From Malacoraja senta (Eukaryota): a DNA stretch of 64,000 bases. Below the pieces are notes generated by a model. The model was not told the origin of the DNA. It worked only from the letters and a program-made list of their open reading frames with translations, and did not search any database. Made by a program: the position numbers and the translations under genes. The stretch spans positions 496,001-560,000 of the forward strand of contig JAXLNO010000600.1 of assembly GCA_038087875.1 (NCBI GenBank), read 5' to 3'. Shown in pieces: positions 51,013 to 62,509 of the stretch (its first letter is position 1; each line of letters starts with the position of its first letter).

Positions 51013-51734
51013 CTGCCAGGAACAAGGAGAAAAGATCAGCTCTCTGAATGCTTCAGGCATCCCAGGAGTCAATAGCACTGGCGACAATAGACAACAGGTG
51101 CAGGAGTAGGCCATTCGGCCCTTCGAGCCAGCACCGCCATTCAAAGTGGTCATGGTTGATCATCCACAATCAGTACCCCATTCCCTGCCTTCTCCCCATA
51201 TCCCCTGACTCCGCTATTTTTAAGAGCCCTATCTAGCCCTCTCTTGAAAGTATCCAGAGAACCTGCCTCCACCGCCCTCTGAGGCAGAGAATTCCACAGA
51301 CTCACCACTCTCTGTGAGAAAAAGTGTTTCCTCGTCTCCGTTCTAAATGGCTTACCCCTTATTCTTAAACTGTGGCCCCTGGTTCTGGACTCCCCCAACA
51401 TCGGGAACATGTTTCCTGCCTCTAGCGTGTCCAAGCCCTTAATAATCCTACATGTTTCAATGAGATCCCCTCTCATCCTTCTAAACTCCAGAGTGTACAA
51501 GCCCAGCTGCTCCATTCTCGCAGCATATGACAGTCCCGCCATCCCGGGAATTAACCTTGTGAACCTACGCTGCACTCCCTCAATAGCAAGAATGTCCTTC
51601 CTCAAATTAGGGGACCAAAACTGCACACAATACTCCAGGTGTGGTCTCACTAGGGCTCTGTACAACTGCAGAAGCGACTTGGATCCTGGATCAGTCATAT
51701 TGAAGCAACGATCTAGAAAGCTCACCGACTCCTC

Positions 51735-52350
51735 GACTGCCTTAGATGGATGAGGAAGTTCAGCATGTCCCCAACAACTCTCACCAACTTCTACAGATGC
51801 GCCGTAGAGAGCATTTTATCGGGATGCATCACGGCACGGTTTGGGATCAGCCCCATCCAAGACCCGCAAGAAATCGCAGAGAATTGTGGACGCAGCCCAG
51901 ACCATCGCACACACAAACCAACCTCCCTTCCATCGACACCATCTTCACCTCCCGCTGCCTCGGCAAGGCCAGCAGCATAATCAAGGATCAGTCTCACCCC
52001 CGGTCACTCCCTCTTCTCCCCTCGCCCATCGGGCAAGAGGTACAGAAGTGTGAAAACGCACACCTCCAGATTCAGGGACAGTTTGTTCCCGGCTGTTATC
52101 AGGCAACTGAACCGTCCTCTCACCAACTAGAGAGCGGTCCTGACCTCCCATCTACCTCATTGGAGACCCTCGGACTATCTTTGATTGGACTTTATCTTGC
52201 ACGAAAGGTTATTCATGTTATTCCCTTATCATGTATCTGTACACTGTAAACGGCTCGATTGTAATCATGTGTTGTCTTTCCGCTGACTGGTTAGCACGCA
52301 ACAAACGCTTTTCACTGTACCTCGGTACACGGGACGATAAACTGAACTGA
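51735..52350 (+). mobile_element. Rex1-like 3' fragment and associated short repeat
   Basis: RKFSMSPTTLTNFYRCAVESILSGCIT...IIKDQSHP; similar tails at 58615-58950, 63830-64000 (+) and 10520-10830, 48485-48765 (-). Confidence 0.65.
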
Positions 52351-52624
52351 AACTCAGACTGATCTTTCACTCAGCTGCATCTATCATACCAAGTGGTTGA
52401 GTGACACAGTGTGGAAACAGGCCCTTCGGCCCAACCTGCCCATTCCCACCAACATGCCCCATCTACACTAGTCCCACCTGCCCGCGTTTGACCCATATGT
52501 CCCTCTAAACCTGTCCTATCCATGTACCTGTCTAATAGTCGCAGCCTCAACTACCTCCTCCGGCAGCTCGTTCCATACACCCACCACCCTCTGTGTGAAA
52601 AAGTTACCCCTCAGATTCCTATCG

Positions 52625-52973
52625 TAGATAAAAATGCTGGAGAAACTCAGCGGGTGAGGCAGCATCTATGGAGCGAAGGAATAGGTAACATTTCGGGTCG
52701 AGACCCTTCTTCAGATTGATGTGGGGGTGGGGGGCAGAAAGAAGAAAGGAAGAGGCGGAGACAGTGGGCTGTGGGAGAGCTGGGAAGGGGAGGGGAAGGA
52801 GGGAGAAATTAGGGACTACCTGAAATTGGAGAAGTTCATACCGCTGGGGTGTAAACTACCCAAGCGAAATATGAGGTGCTGCTCCTCCGATTTGCGGTGG
52901 AACTCACTCTGGCCATGGAGGAGGCCCAGGACAGAAAGGTCGGATTCGGAATGGGAGGGGGAGTTGAAGTGCT
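52625..52973 (-). mobile_element. Penelope-like 3' fragment nested in a CR1 tail
   Basis: QHFNSPSHSESDLSVLGLLHGQSE...LIFRLGSLHPSGMN; agattcctat / gattcctat flanks. Confidence 0.75.
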
Positions 52974-54556
52974 GATTCCTATTAAACCTTTCCTCCCCCC
53001 CCACTCCCCTCACCTTAAACCTATGTCCTCTGCTCCTCGATTCCCCCTGCCTCAGTGTACCACTGCAGTACACTTGTACTGTATCAGAGATGTTCCTCTC
53101 ACATGTATCTGTGATGTACAAATGTACTTGTACTGAACTGTGTACAGAACAGGATCTCGTGACAGCTGACAACCCACTGTAACCTAAGTTCAGAAGGATG
53201 AGAGGGAATCTTATTGAAACATGTAAGATTGTTAAGGGTTTGGACACACTGGAGGCAGGAAACCGATGTTGGGGGAGTCCAGAACGAGGGGCCACACAGT
53301 TTAAGAATAAGGGGTAAGCCATTTAGAACGGAGACGAGGAAACACTTTTTCTCACAGAGAGTGATGAGTCTGTGGAATTCTCTGCCTCAGAGGGCAGTGG
53401 TGGCAGATTCTCTGGATGCTTTCAAGAGAGAGCTGGATAGGGCTCTTAAAGATAACAGTCAGGGGATATGGGGAGAAGGCAGGAACGAGGTACTGAGTGG
53501 GGATGATCAGCCATGATCACATTGAATGGTGGTGCTGGTTCGAAGGGCCGAATGGCCTACTCCTGCACCTATTGTCTATTGTCTAACTCAGGGTGGGGAA
53601 TCTGAAGAAGGGTCTCGACCCGAAACGTCACCCATTCCTTCTATCCAGAGATGCTGCCAGTCCCTGTCAAAACTGTGTGCATGTTTGGTCTCCTAATTTG
53701 AGGAAGGACATTCTTGCTATTGAGGGAGTGCAGCGTAGGTTCACCAGGCGGGACTGTCATATGATGAAAGAATGGGTTGACTGGGCTTGTATTCACTGGA
53801 ATTTAGAAGGATGAGGGGATCTGTTGGAAACATAAAATTCTTAAAGGATTGGACAGGCTAGAAAAATATTCCCCATGTTGGGGGAGACCAGAACCAGGGG
53901 TCACAGTTTAAGAATAAGGGGTATGTTTAAGAAAGAACTGCAGATGCTGGAAAAATCGAAGGTAGACAAATATGCTGGAGAAACTCAGCGGGCGAGGCAG
54001 CATCTATGGAACGAAGGATAGGTGACGTTTTGGGTCTCGAACCTTCTTCGGACAATAATGGGTAGGCCATTTAGGACTGAGATGAGGAAAAACTTTTTCT
54101 CCCAGAGAGTTGTGAATCTGTGGAATTCTCTGCCACAGAAGGCAGTGGAGGCCGATTCACTGTATGTTTTCAAGAGAGAGTTAGATTTAGCTCTTCTGGC
54201 TAACGGAATCAAGGGATATGGGGAGAAAGCAGGAACGGGGTACTGATTGTGGATGATCAGCCATGATCACATTGAATGGCGGTGCTGGCTCGAAGGGCCG
54301 AATGGCCTACTCCTGCACCTATTTTCTACGTCCCGCTGAGTTACTCCAGCATTCTGTGTCCAGGATGATTCAGTTGCCTGATAACAGCTGGGAAGAAACT
54401 GTCTAGGTGCTGAGAGCCACAGAGTGCTGGAGTAACTCAGCGGGTCAGGAAGCATCTGTGGAGAACATGGATAGGTGACGTTTCAGGTCGAGACCCTTCT
54501 TCGGACTCTCGAGGTGCTGAGTGTATTTGGGAATGCCGTGCCGGTGTTCCGGTTAC

Positions 54557-54688
54557 CGGGAAGTTGCCCGTCTCCTGCGAAGAAGGTCTTGATGTTTTCC
54601 GGTCGGAAGCCGTTGGCTCGGAGCATGCGCTGGAAGCGGATCAGGTTGTTGACGTGTTGCTGGTTGGTCAGATGCTCCTTCCAGCCCC
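54557..54688 (-). CDS. same gene, coding exon
   Basis: tgttggtccgcag acceptor and G|gtaacc donor; 132 nt, phase 1-1; (G)GWKEHLTNQQHVNNLIRFQRMLRANGFRPENIKTFFAGDGQLP. Confidence 0.87.
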
Positions 54689-55967
54689 CTGCGGACCAAC
54701 ACAAGGGATTAGCACCGTCACGCGGACCGAACTACGGACAACTAGAGGCTTTCCTCTTGCGAATCACAGCAGATCATAGAGGTCACACACAAGTTCATGA
54801 GAGGGATAGATCGGATAAGCAGGCCCTTCGGCCCAACTTGCCCAAACCGGCCTACATGCCTCAGCCATGATCACAGTGAATGGCGGTGCTGGCTCGAAGA
54901 GCCAAATGGCCTACTCCTGAACCTATTGTCTATTGTCTATAGTCTATTGTCTATTAGGAGCAGCAGTAGGCCATTCGGCCCTTCGAGCCAGCAGCGCCAT
55001 TCAATGTGATCATGGCTAATCATCCCCAATCAGTACCCCGTTCCTGCCTTCTCCCTATATCCCCCGACTCCGCTATCTTTAAGAGCCCTATCTAGCTCTC
55101 TCTTGAAAGTATCCAGAGAACCGGCCTCCACCGCCCTCTGAGGCAGAGAATTCCACAGACTCACAATTCTCTGTGTGAAAAAGTGTTTCCTCTTCTCCGT
55201 TCTAAATGGCGTACCCCTTGTTCTTAAACTGTGGGCCCCTGGTTCTGGACGCCCCCACCATCGGCAACATGTTTCCTGCCTCTAGCGTGTCCAAACCTTT
55301 AATAATCTTACATGTTTCAATAAGATCACCTCTCATCCTTCTAAACTCCAGAGTGTACAAGCCCAGCTGCTCCATTCTCTCAGCATATGACAGTCCCGCA
55401 ATCCCGGGAATTAACTTGGTAAACCTATGCTGCACTCCCTCAATAGCAAGAATGTCCTTCCTCAAATTAGGGGACCAAAACTGCACAGAATACTCCAGGT
55501 GTGGTCTCACTAGGGCCCTGTACAACTGCAGAAGGACCTCTTTGCTCCTATTCGAAGGGCCAAATGGCCTAACTCCTACACCTATTGTCTATTGTCTACA
55601 CTAGTCCCACTTGCCCGCGCTTGGTCCATATCCCTCCAAACCTGTCCTATCCATGTACCTGTCTAACTTTCTTAAACGTTGGGATAGTCCCTGCCTCAAC
55701 TACCTCCTCCGGCAGCCCGTTCCATACACCCACCACCCTCTGTGTGGAAAAGATACCCCTCAGATTCCTATTAAATCTTTTCTCCTTCACCTTAAACCTA
55801 TGTCCTCTGGTCCTCGATTCCCCTACTCTGGACAAGAGACTCTGTGCATCTACCCGATCTATTCCTCTCATGATTTTATACACCTCTATAAGATCACCCC
55901 TCATCCTCCTGCGCTCCATGGAATAGTCCTATTCGCTCTCACTGTCCGCTCACACACTTTCAAGCAC

Positions 55968-56186
55968 CCCCTCGCTCCCTCCCTCCTCTTCCCTCCCCCC
56001 TGCCCCCCTTCCCTCTCCTCTCTCCCCCTCTCCCTCCTCTCTCCCTCTCTCCCTCTCTCCCCCCCCTCTCTTCCCTCAGCCTCTCTCTGCCTCCCCCCCT
56101 CTCTCACCCCCTCCTCTCCCACGACCCTCTCCCCCTCTCTCTCCCCCCCTCCTCTCCCCCCCTCTCTCCCCCCCCCCCCCCTCTCC
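55968..56186 (+). repeat. CT-rich low-complexity tract
   Basis: near-pure polypyrimidine. Confidence 0.9.
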
Positions 56187-56195
56187 GCCACTCAC

Positions 56196-56366
56196 CAGAG
56201 AGCAGTACGCCGTGGTCGCAGGTCTGGTACATGCGGCATGATTTATGTGAGGAGAGCTGCTGCCGGTGACACCGCTGCGTGTTCTTGTTCAGTTCGCAGT
56301 CGGCGGAGGCGGGGTGGGGGCTGCCGATGGCCAGGGGCCGCGGGCACGGAGCAAAACCCTTCTGTT
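56196..56366 (-). CDS. same gene, next visible coding exon (Cys-rich linker plus first strand of the C13-like domain)
   Basis: ccttctcgttgcag acceptor and G|gtgagt donor; 171 nt, phase 1-1; (E)QKGFAPCPRPLAIGSPHPASADCELNKNTQRCHRQQLSSHKSCRMYQTCDHGVLLS(G); this frame is not in the ORF track. Confidence 0.85.
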
Positions 56367-56509
56367 CTGCAACGAGAAGGCAGGCGGTTACTGGCCGTCA
56401 ACGCGGCAGGACCCTGGGGAATGCTGTAGCAGAGACGGGCCGAAGGGCCTGTGCATGTGGAGAGGAGTGTGTGTGTAGGAAAGGACACACTCCTTTGGGC
56501 GAGTGGGTG

Positions 56510-57380
56510 GGTGAGGGGGTGGGTGCGGGGTGCGAGGGGATGGGCGCGGGGTGCGGGGTTTGGGGGGATGGGCGCGGGGTTTGGGGGGTGGGTGTGGGGC
56601 TGGGCGATGGGGTGGGCGCGGGGTGCGGGGTTTGGGGGGTGGGTGCGGGGTTTGGGGGGGTGGGTGCGGGGTTTGGGGGGGTGGGCGCGGGGTTTGGGGG
56701 TGGGTGTGGGGCTGGGCGATGGGGTGGGCGCGGGGTGCGGGGTTTGGGGGGGTGGGTGCGGGGTTTGGGGGGTGGGTGTGGGGCTGGGCGATGGGGTGGG
56801 CGCGGGGTGCGGGGTTTGGGGGGGTGGGTGCGGGGTTTGGGGGGGTGGGCGCGGGGTTTGGGGGTGGGTGTGGGGCTGGGCGATGGGGTGGGCGCGGGGT
56901 GCGGGGTTTGGGGGGTGGGCGCGGGGTGCGGGGTTTGGGGGGTGGGTGCGGGGTTTGGGGGGGTGGGCGCGGGGTGCGGGGTTTGGGGGTGGGTGTGGGG
57001 CTGGGCGATGGGGTGGGCGCGGGGTGCGGGGTTTGGGGGGGTGGGCGCGGGGTGCGGGGTTTGGGGGTGGGTGTGGGGCTGGGCGATGGGGTGGGCGCGG
57101 GGTGCGGGGTTTGGGGGGGTGGGCGCGGGGTGCGGGGTTTGGGGGTGGGTGTGGGGCTGGGCGATGGGGTGGGCGCGGGGTGCGGGGTTTGGGGGGGTGG
57201 GCGCGGGGTGCGGGGTTTGGGGGTGGGTGTGGGGCTGGGCGATGGGGTGGGCGCGGGGTGCGGGGTTTGGGGGGGTGGGTGCGGGGTTTGGGGGGTGGGT
57301 GTGGGGCTGGGCGATGGGGTGGGCGCGGGGTGCGGGGTTTGGGGGGGTGGGCGCGGGGTGCGGGGTTTGGGGGGGTGGGT
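56510..57380 (+). repeat. G-rich minisatellite
   Basis: reiterated gggtgtggggctgggcgatggggtgggcgcggggtgcggggtttggggg units running into the gap. Confidence 0.95.
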
Positions 57381-57580
57381 NNNNNNNNNNNNNNNNNNNN
57401 NNNNNNNNNNNNNNNNNNNNNNNNNNNNNNNNNNNNNNNNNNNNNNNNNNNNNNNNNNNNNNNNNNNNNNNNNNNNNNNNNNNNNNNNNNNNNNNNNNNN
57501 NNNNNNNNNNNNNNNNNNNNNNNNNNNNNNNNNNNNNNNNNNNNNNNNNNNNNNNNNNNNNNNNNNNNNNNNNNNNNNNN
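57381..57580. other. assembly gap (200 N)
   Basis: run of N. Confidence 1.
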
Positions 57581-59603
57581 GCATCCAAGCTAATAGGTCT
57601 GCTTACCACCGCCCCAGACTCAACCAGAGACCAGCGCTGAACTTGATCAGACTTTGCTGACTTTACCTTGCACTAAACGTTATTCCCTTATCATGTATCT
57701 GTACACTGTGGACGGCTCGATTGTAATCATGTTTTGTCTTTCCGCTGACTGGTTAGCAAGAGACAATAGACAATAGACAACAGGTGCAGGAGTAGGCCAT
57801 TCGGCTCTTCGAGCCAGCACCGCCATTCAATGTGATCATGGCTGATCATCCCCAATCAGTACCCCGTTCCTGCCTTCTCCCCATATCCCCTGACTCCGCT
57901 ATTTTTAAGAGCCCTATCTAGCTCTCTCTTGAAAGCATCCAGAGAACCCGCCTCCACCGCCCTCTGAGGCAGAGAATTCCACAGACTCACCACTCTCTGT
58001 GAGAAAAAGTGTTTCCTCCGTTCTAAAAGGCTTACTCCTTATTCTTGAACTGTGGCCCCTGCCTCTAGTGTGTCCAAGCCCTTAACAATCTTATATGTTT
58101 CGAGCCGTCCACAGTGTACAGATACAGGATAAGAGGAATAACGTTTAGTGCAAGGTATAGTCTGATTAGAGATAGTAAATATTTAGCACCCAACAAGAAG
58201 CTTTTCACTGTACCTCGGTACACGTGACAATAAACTAAGGTAGACACAAAATGCTGGAGTAACTCAGCGGGTGAGGCAGCATCTCTGGAGAGAAGGAACG
58301 GGCGATGTCAAGTCAACTTCATTTGTCACATACACATGTGAAATGAAAGTGCCAATGCCTGCGGATTGTGCAAAACAACAGAACGACAGAACAGCACCAG
58401 TATTTTAGAAAAAAAAAGAAAAATTAAAAACAAACACAACACAACAGTAAATTAGTCCCTGGTGAGATCAGAGTTTACAGTCCTGATGGCCTGTGGGAAG
58501 AAACTCCGTCTCATCCTCTCTGTTTGACAGTGGAGGCGCTTGCCTGACCGCAGCAGCTGGAACAGTCCGTTGTTGGAGTGATAGGGGTAGGGATCCTACC
58601 AACCCGGCAACGGACCTCAAAAAGGCAGCCAAATTCATCAAGGACCCACACCATCCTGGCCACACACTCATCTCTCCGCTGCCATCAGGTAGAAGGTACA
58701 GGAGCCTGAAATCTGCAACATCCAGGTTCAGGAACAGCTACTTCCCCACAGCCATCAGGCTATTAAACATGACATCAAACAAACTCTGAACTATAACAGC
58801 CTATTACACTTTATCTGTTTATTTATGTGTGTATATATGGTCTATACTATATAGACACACTGAACTGTTCTGTATTTATGCTTACAATATTCTGTTGTGC
58901 TGCAGTAAGCTAGAATTTCATTGTCCTATCTGGGACACAAGACAATAAACTCATAGAAACATAGAAATTAGGTGCAGGAGTAGGCCATTCGGCCCTTCGA
59001 GCCTGCACCGCCATTCAATATGATCATGGCTGATCATCCAACTCAGTATCCCGTACCTGCCTTCTCTCCATACCCTCTGATCCCTTTAGCCACAAGGGCC
59101 ACATCTAGCTCCCTCTTAAATATAGCCAATGAACTGGCCTCGACTACCCTCTGTGGCAGAGAGTTCCAGAGATTCACCACTCTCTGTGTGAAAAAAGTTC
59201 TTCTCATCTCGGTTTTAAAGGATTTCCCCCTTATCCTTAAGCTGTGACCCCTTGTCCTGGACTTCCCCAACATCGGGAGCAATCTTCCTGCATCTAGCCT
59301 GTCCAACCCCTTAAGAATTTTGTAAGTTTCTATAAGATCCCCTCTCAATCTCCTAAATTCTAGAGAGTATAAACCAAGTCTATCCAGTCTTTCTTCATAA
59401 GACAGTCCTGACATCCCAGGAATCAGTCTGGTGAACCTTCTCTGCACTCCCTCTATGGCAATAATGTCCTTCCTCAGATTTGGCTAATGTCATTTGGCTA
59501 ATTTGCTAATGTCATTTGGCTTGACTTGACTTGAAGTCAAGTGTCAAGAGTCAAGAGAGTTTATTGTCATGTGTCCCAGATAGGACAATTAAATTCTTGA
59601 CTT

Positions 59604-60505
59604 AGACAATAGACAATAGGTGCAGGAGTAGGCCGTTCGGCTCTTCGAGCCAGCACCGCCATTCAATGTAATCATGGCTGATCAACCCCAATCAGTACCC
59701 CGTTCCTGCCTTCTCCCCATATCCACTGACTCCGCTATCTTTAAGAGCCCTATCTAGCTCTCTCTTGAAAGCATCCAGAGAACTGGCCTCCACCGCCCTC
59801 TGAGGCAGAGAATTCCACAGACTCACAACTCTCTGTGAGAAAAAAGTGTTTCCTCGTCTCCGTTCTAAATGGCTTACTCCTTATTCTTAAACTGTGGCCC
59901 CTGGTTCTGGACTCCCCCAACATCGGGAACATGTTTCCTGCCTCTAGCCCTCTCATCCTTCTAAACTCCAGAGTGTACAAGCCCAGCCACTCCATTCTCT
60001 CAGCATATGACAGTCCTGCCATCCCGGGAATTAACCTTGTAAACCTACGCTGCACTCCCTCAATAGCAAGAATGTCCTTCCTCAAATTAGGGGACCAAAA
60101 CTGCACACAATACTCCAGGCGTGGTCTCACTAGGGCCCTGTACAACTGCAGAAGGACCTCTTTGCTCCTATATTCGATTCCTCTTGTTATAAAGGCCAAC
60201 ATGCCATTCGCTTTCTTCACTGCCTGCTGTACCTGCATGCTTACTTTCATAGACTGATGTACAAGGGCCCCCAGATCCCGTTGTACTTCCCCTTTTCCCA
60301 ACTTGACGCCATTTAGATAGTAATCTGCCTTCCTGTTTTTGCCACCAAAGTGGATAACCTCACATTTATCCGCATTAAACTTCATCTGCCATGCATCTGC
60401 CCACTCCCCCAACCTGTCCAAGTCACCCTGCATTCTCATAGCATCCTCCTCACAGTTCACACTGCCACCCAGCTTTGTGTCATCTGCAAATTTGCTAATG
60501 TTACT
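59604..60505 (-). mobile_element. CR1 3' fragment
   Basis: ORF 59750-60460: [30 protein letters not shown]...; another fragment at 60642-61150. Confidence 0.9.
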
Positions 60506-61327
60506 TTGAAGTCAAGTCAAGTAAAGAGAGTTCATTGTCATGTGTGCCAGATAGGATAATGAAATTCTTGACTTGACTTGACTTGATATTTCTCAGCCTG
60601 ATTGAAGAGACTGTCTCCAATGAGACTTTATCTTGCACTACACATAGAAACATAGAAAGATAGAAAATAGGTGCATGAGGAGGCCATTCGGCCCTTCGAA
60701 CCAGCACCGCCATTCAATGTGTTCATGGCTGATCGTCCCCTATCAATAACCCATGCCTGCCATCTCCCCATATCCCTTGACTCCACTAGCCCCTAGAGTT
60801 ATATCTAACTCTCTTAAATCCATCCAGTGACTTGGCCTGCACTGCCCTCTGTGGCAGGGAATTCCATAATTTCACAACTCTCTGGGTGAAAAAGCTTTTT
60901 CTCACCTCAGTCTTAAATGAACTCCCTTTTACGTGGCCCCTGGTTCTGGATTCACCCAACATTGGGAACATTTTTCCTGCATCTAGCTTGTCCAGTCCTT
61001 TTATAATCTTATATGTTTCAATAAGATCCCCTCTCATCCTTCTTAACTCGAGTATACAAGCCCAGCCGCTCCATTCTCTCAGCTTATGACAGTCCCGCCA
61101 TCCCAGGAATTAACCTGGTGAACCTCCCTCAATAGCAAGAATGTCCTTCCTCAAGTCAAGAGAGTTTATTGTCATGTGTCCCAGATAGGACAATGAAATT
61201 CTTGACTTGACTTGATGTTTCTCAGCCTGATTGAAGAGACTGTCTCCAATGAGACTTTATCTTGTAATACACGTTATTTAAGAGAGGGGTGGGTGGTGTG
61301 AGCAGCTCTAGTGACCACAGTACTCAC

Positions 61328-61736
61328 CCAGGTAGAGACCACTGCGGGCCAGACAGCGCCGTTCGTTGACGCTGAAGTCGATGAAGAAGACGGTGAGAGG
61401 GTGTCCGTAGCTGAGCTGGGGGCTGGGGTCCAGGGTGATGACCGCGTCGTGAGGAGCCCCCAGGCCGAGGCCGGAGTCCGGCAGGATGGTCAGCACCTTC
61501 TCGCCGGCCCGCGGCTCGGCGGCGGACACGCTGACCGCCGTCTGGGGTATGTGGGCCAGGCGGTCGCACTCCGCCTCGGACAGGAAGGTCACTCGCCGGC
61601 ACAGGCGGTGCTTCAGGTAGCCCAGCCCGGCCACTGACCAGCGGTGCAGGCGGGCAGACTTGAACGGGGAGCCCGACACACTCGCCAGCAGCAGCAGCAG
61701 CAGCAGCGCTCCGGACACTGACCACACGGGCCGCAT
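61328..61736 (-). CDS. uncharacterised secreted clan CD/C13-like protein, coding exon 1 (signal peptide plus N-terminal domain)
   Basis: Kozak-like accATG at 61736; signal peptide MRPVWSVSGALLLLLLLASVSG; GC3-rich codons; donor G|gtgagta (phase 1). Confidence 0.88.
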
Positions 61737-61839
61737 GGTGCACAGGGGCCGGAGATCACCAGCACCTCACACTGACCGGCCGGCAACTAGACCACGGCTC
61801 TGATGACCAGCCCTGCTCACACACGCATCAGTCTGCAGC

Positions 61840-62325
61840 CCCCCCTCTCCCTGACACCCCCCCTCTCCCTCTCGCTTCTTCTCTCTTTCACTCTCTCTTT
61901 CTCTCCCTCCCTCTCCTCCTCTCTCTCCCTCTTTCTCTCTCTCCTTCTCTCTCTCTCTCCCTCCCTTCTTCTCTCCCCTTTCTCTTCCTCTCTCTCACTC
62001 TTTCACCCTCCCTCTCTCCTCTCTCCTCTCTCCCCCTCCTTCCCCCCCCTCTCTCTGTCACTTTCTCTCTCTCTCACCCTCTCTGTCACTTTCTCTCTCT
62101 CTATCTCTATCTCTCTCCCTCTCGCCCTCTCTCTCCTCCCCTCTTCTCTCCTCTCTCTCTCCCTCACCCTCTCTCTCTCTCTCTCTCTGTCACTTTCTCT
62201 CTCTCTATCTCTATCTCTCTCCCTCTCTCTCCCTCCTTCTCTCCCTCCTTCTCGCTCACCCTCTATCTATCACCCTCTCTCTCTCCCTCTCTCTCTTTCA
62301 CTCTCTCTCCCTCTCCCTCTCCCTG
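61840..62325 (+). repeat. (CT)n-like polypyrimidine tract upstream of the - strand gene
   Basis: about 480 bp almost entirely C/T. Confidence 0.95.
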
Positions 62326-62509
62326 TGTCTCTGGCCAGCGCATACACAGAGCTGTGAGCTGCTGTGGGCAGGAGCAGAGTGAGGAGGGGCTGGGTTACTG
62401 GATGGGGGGGTCCAGCTCCACCCTCCCTGTCAGACCCGGCAAGGAGGAGCTCAGCTTCACCCCCTCCCCAACACCAGCCCCACCGACAACTCTACACCAG
62501 GCTGTACAC

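Noticed and set aside
43712..54688. Calling the - strand gene LGMN or PIGK
   Set aside because: Lacks NYRHQAD/NYRH, the HG and catalytic Cys motifs and the expected C-terminal domains; only fold-level resemblance
56243..56488. ORF-track translation ...[21 protein letters not shown]... as an exon
   Set aside because: Wrong frame; the splice-compatible, GC3-rich frame is 56196-56366 ending in GVLLS(G)
56279..57660. Long Gly/Trp-rich (+) and Pro-rich (-) ORFs of 376-453 aa
   Set aside because: Open in several frames only because the G-rich minisatellite and N gap lack stop codons
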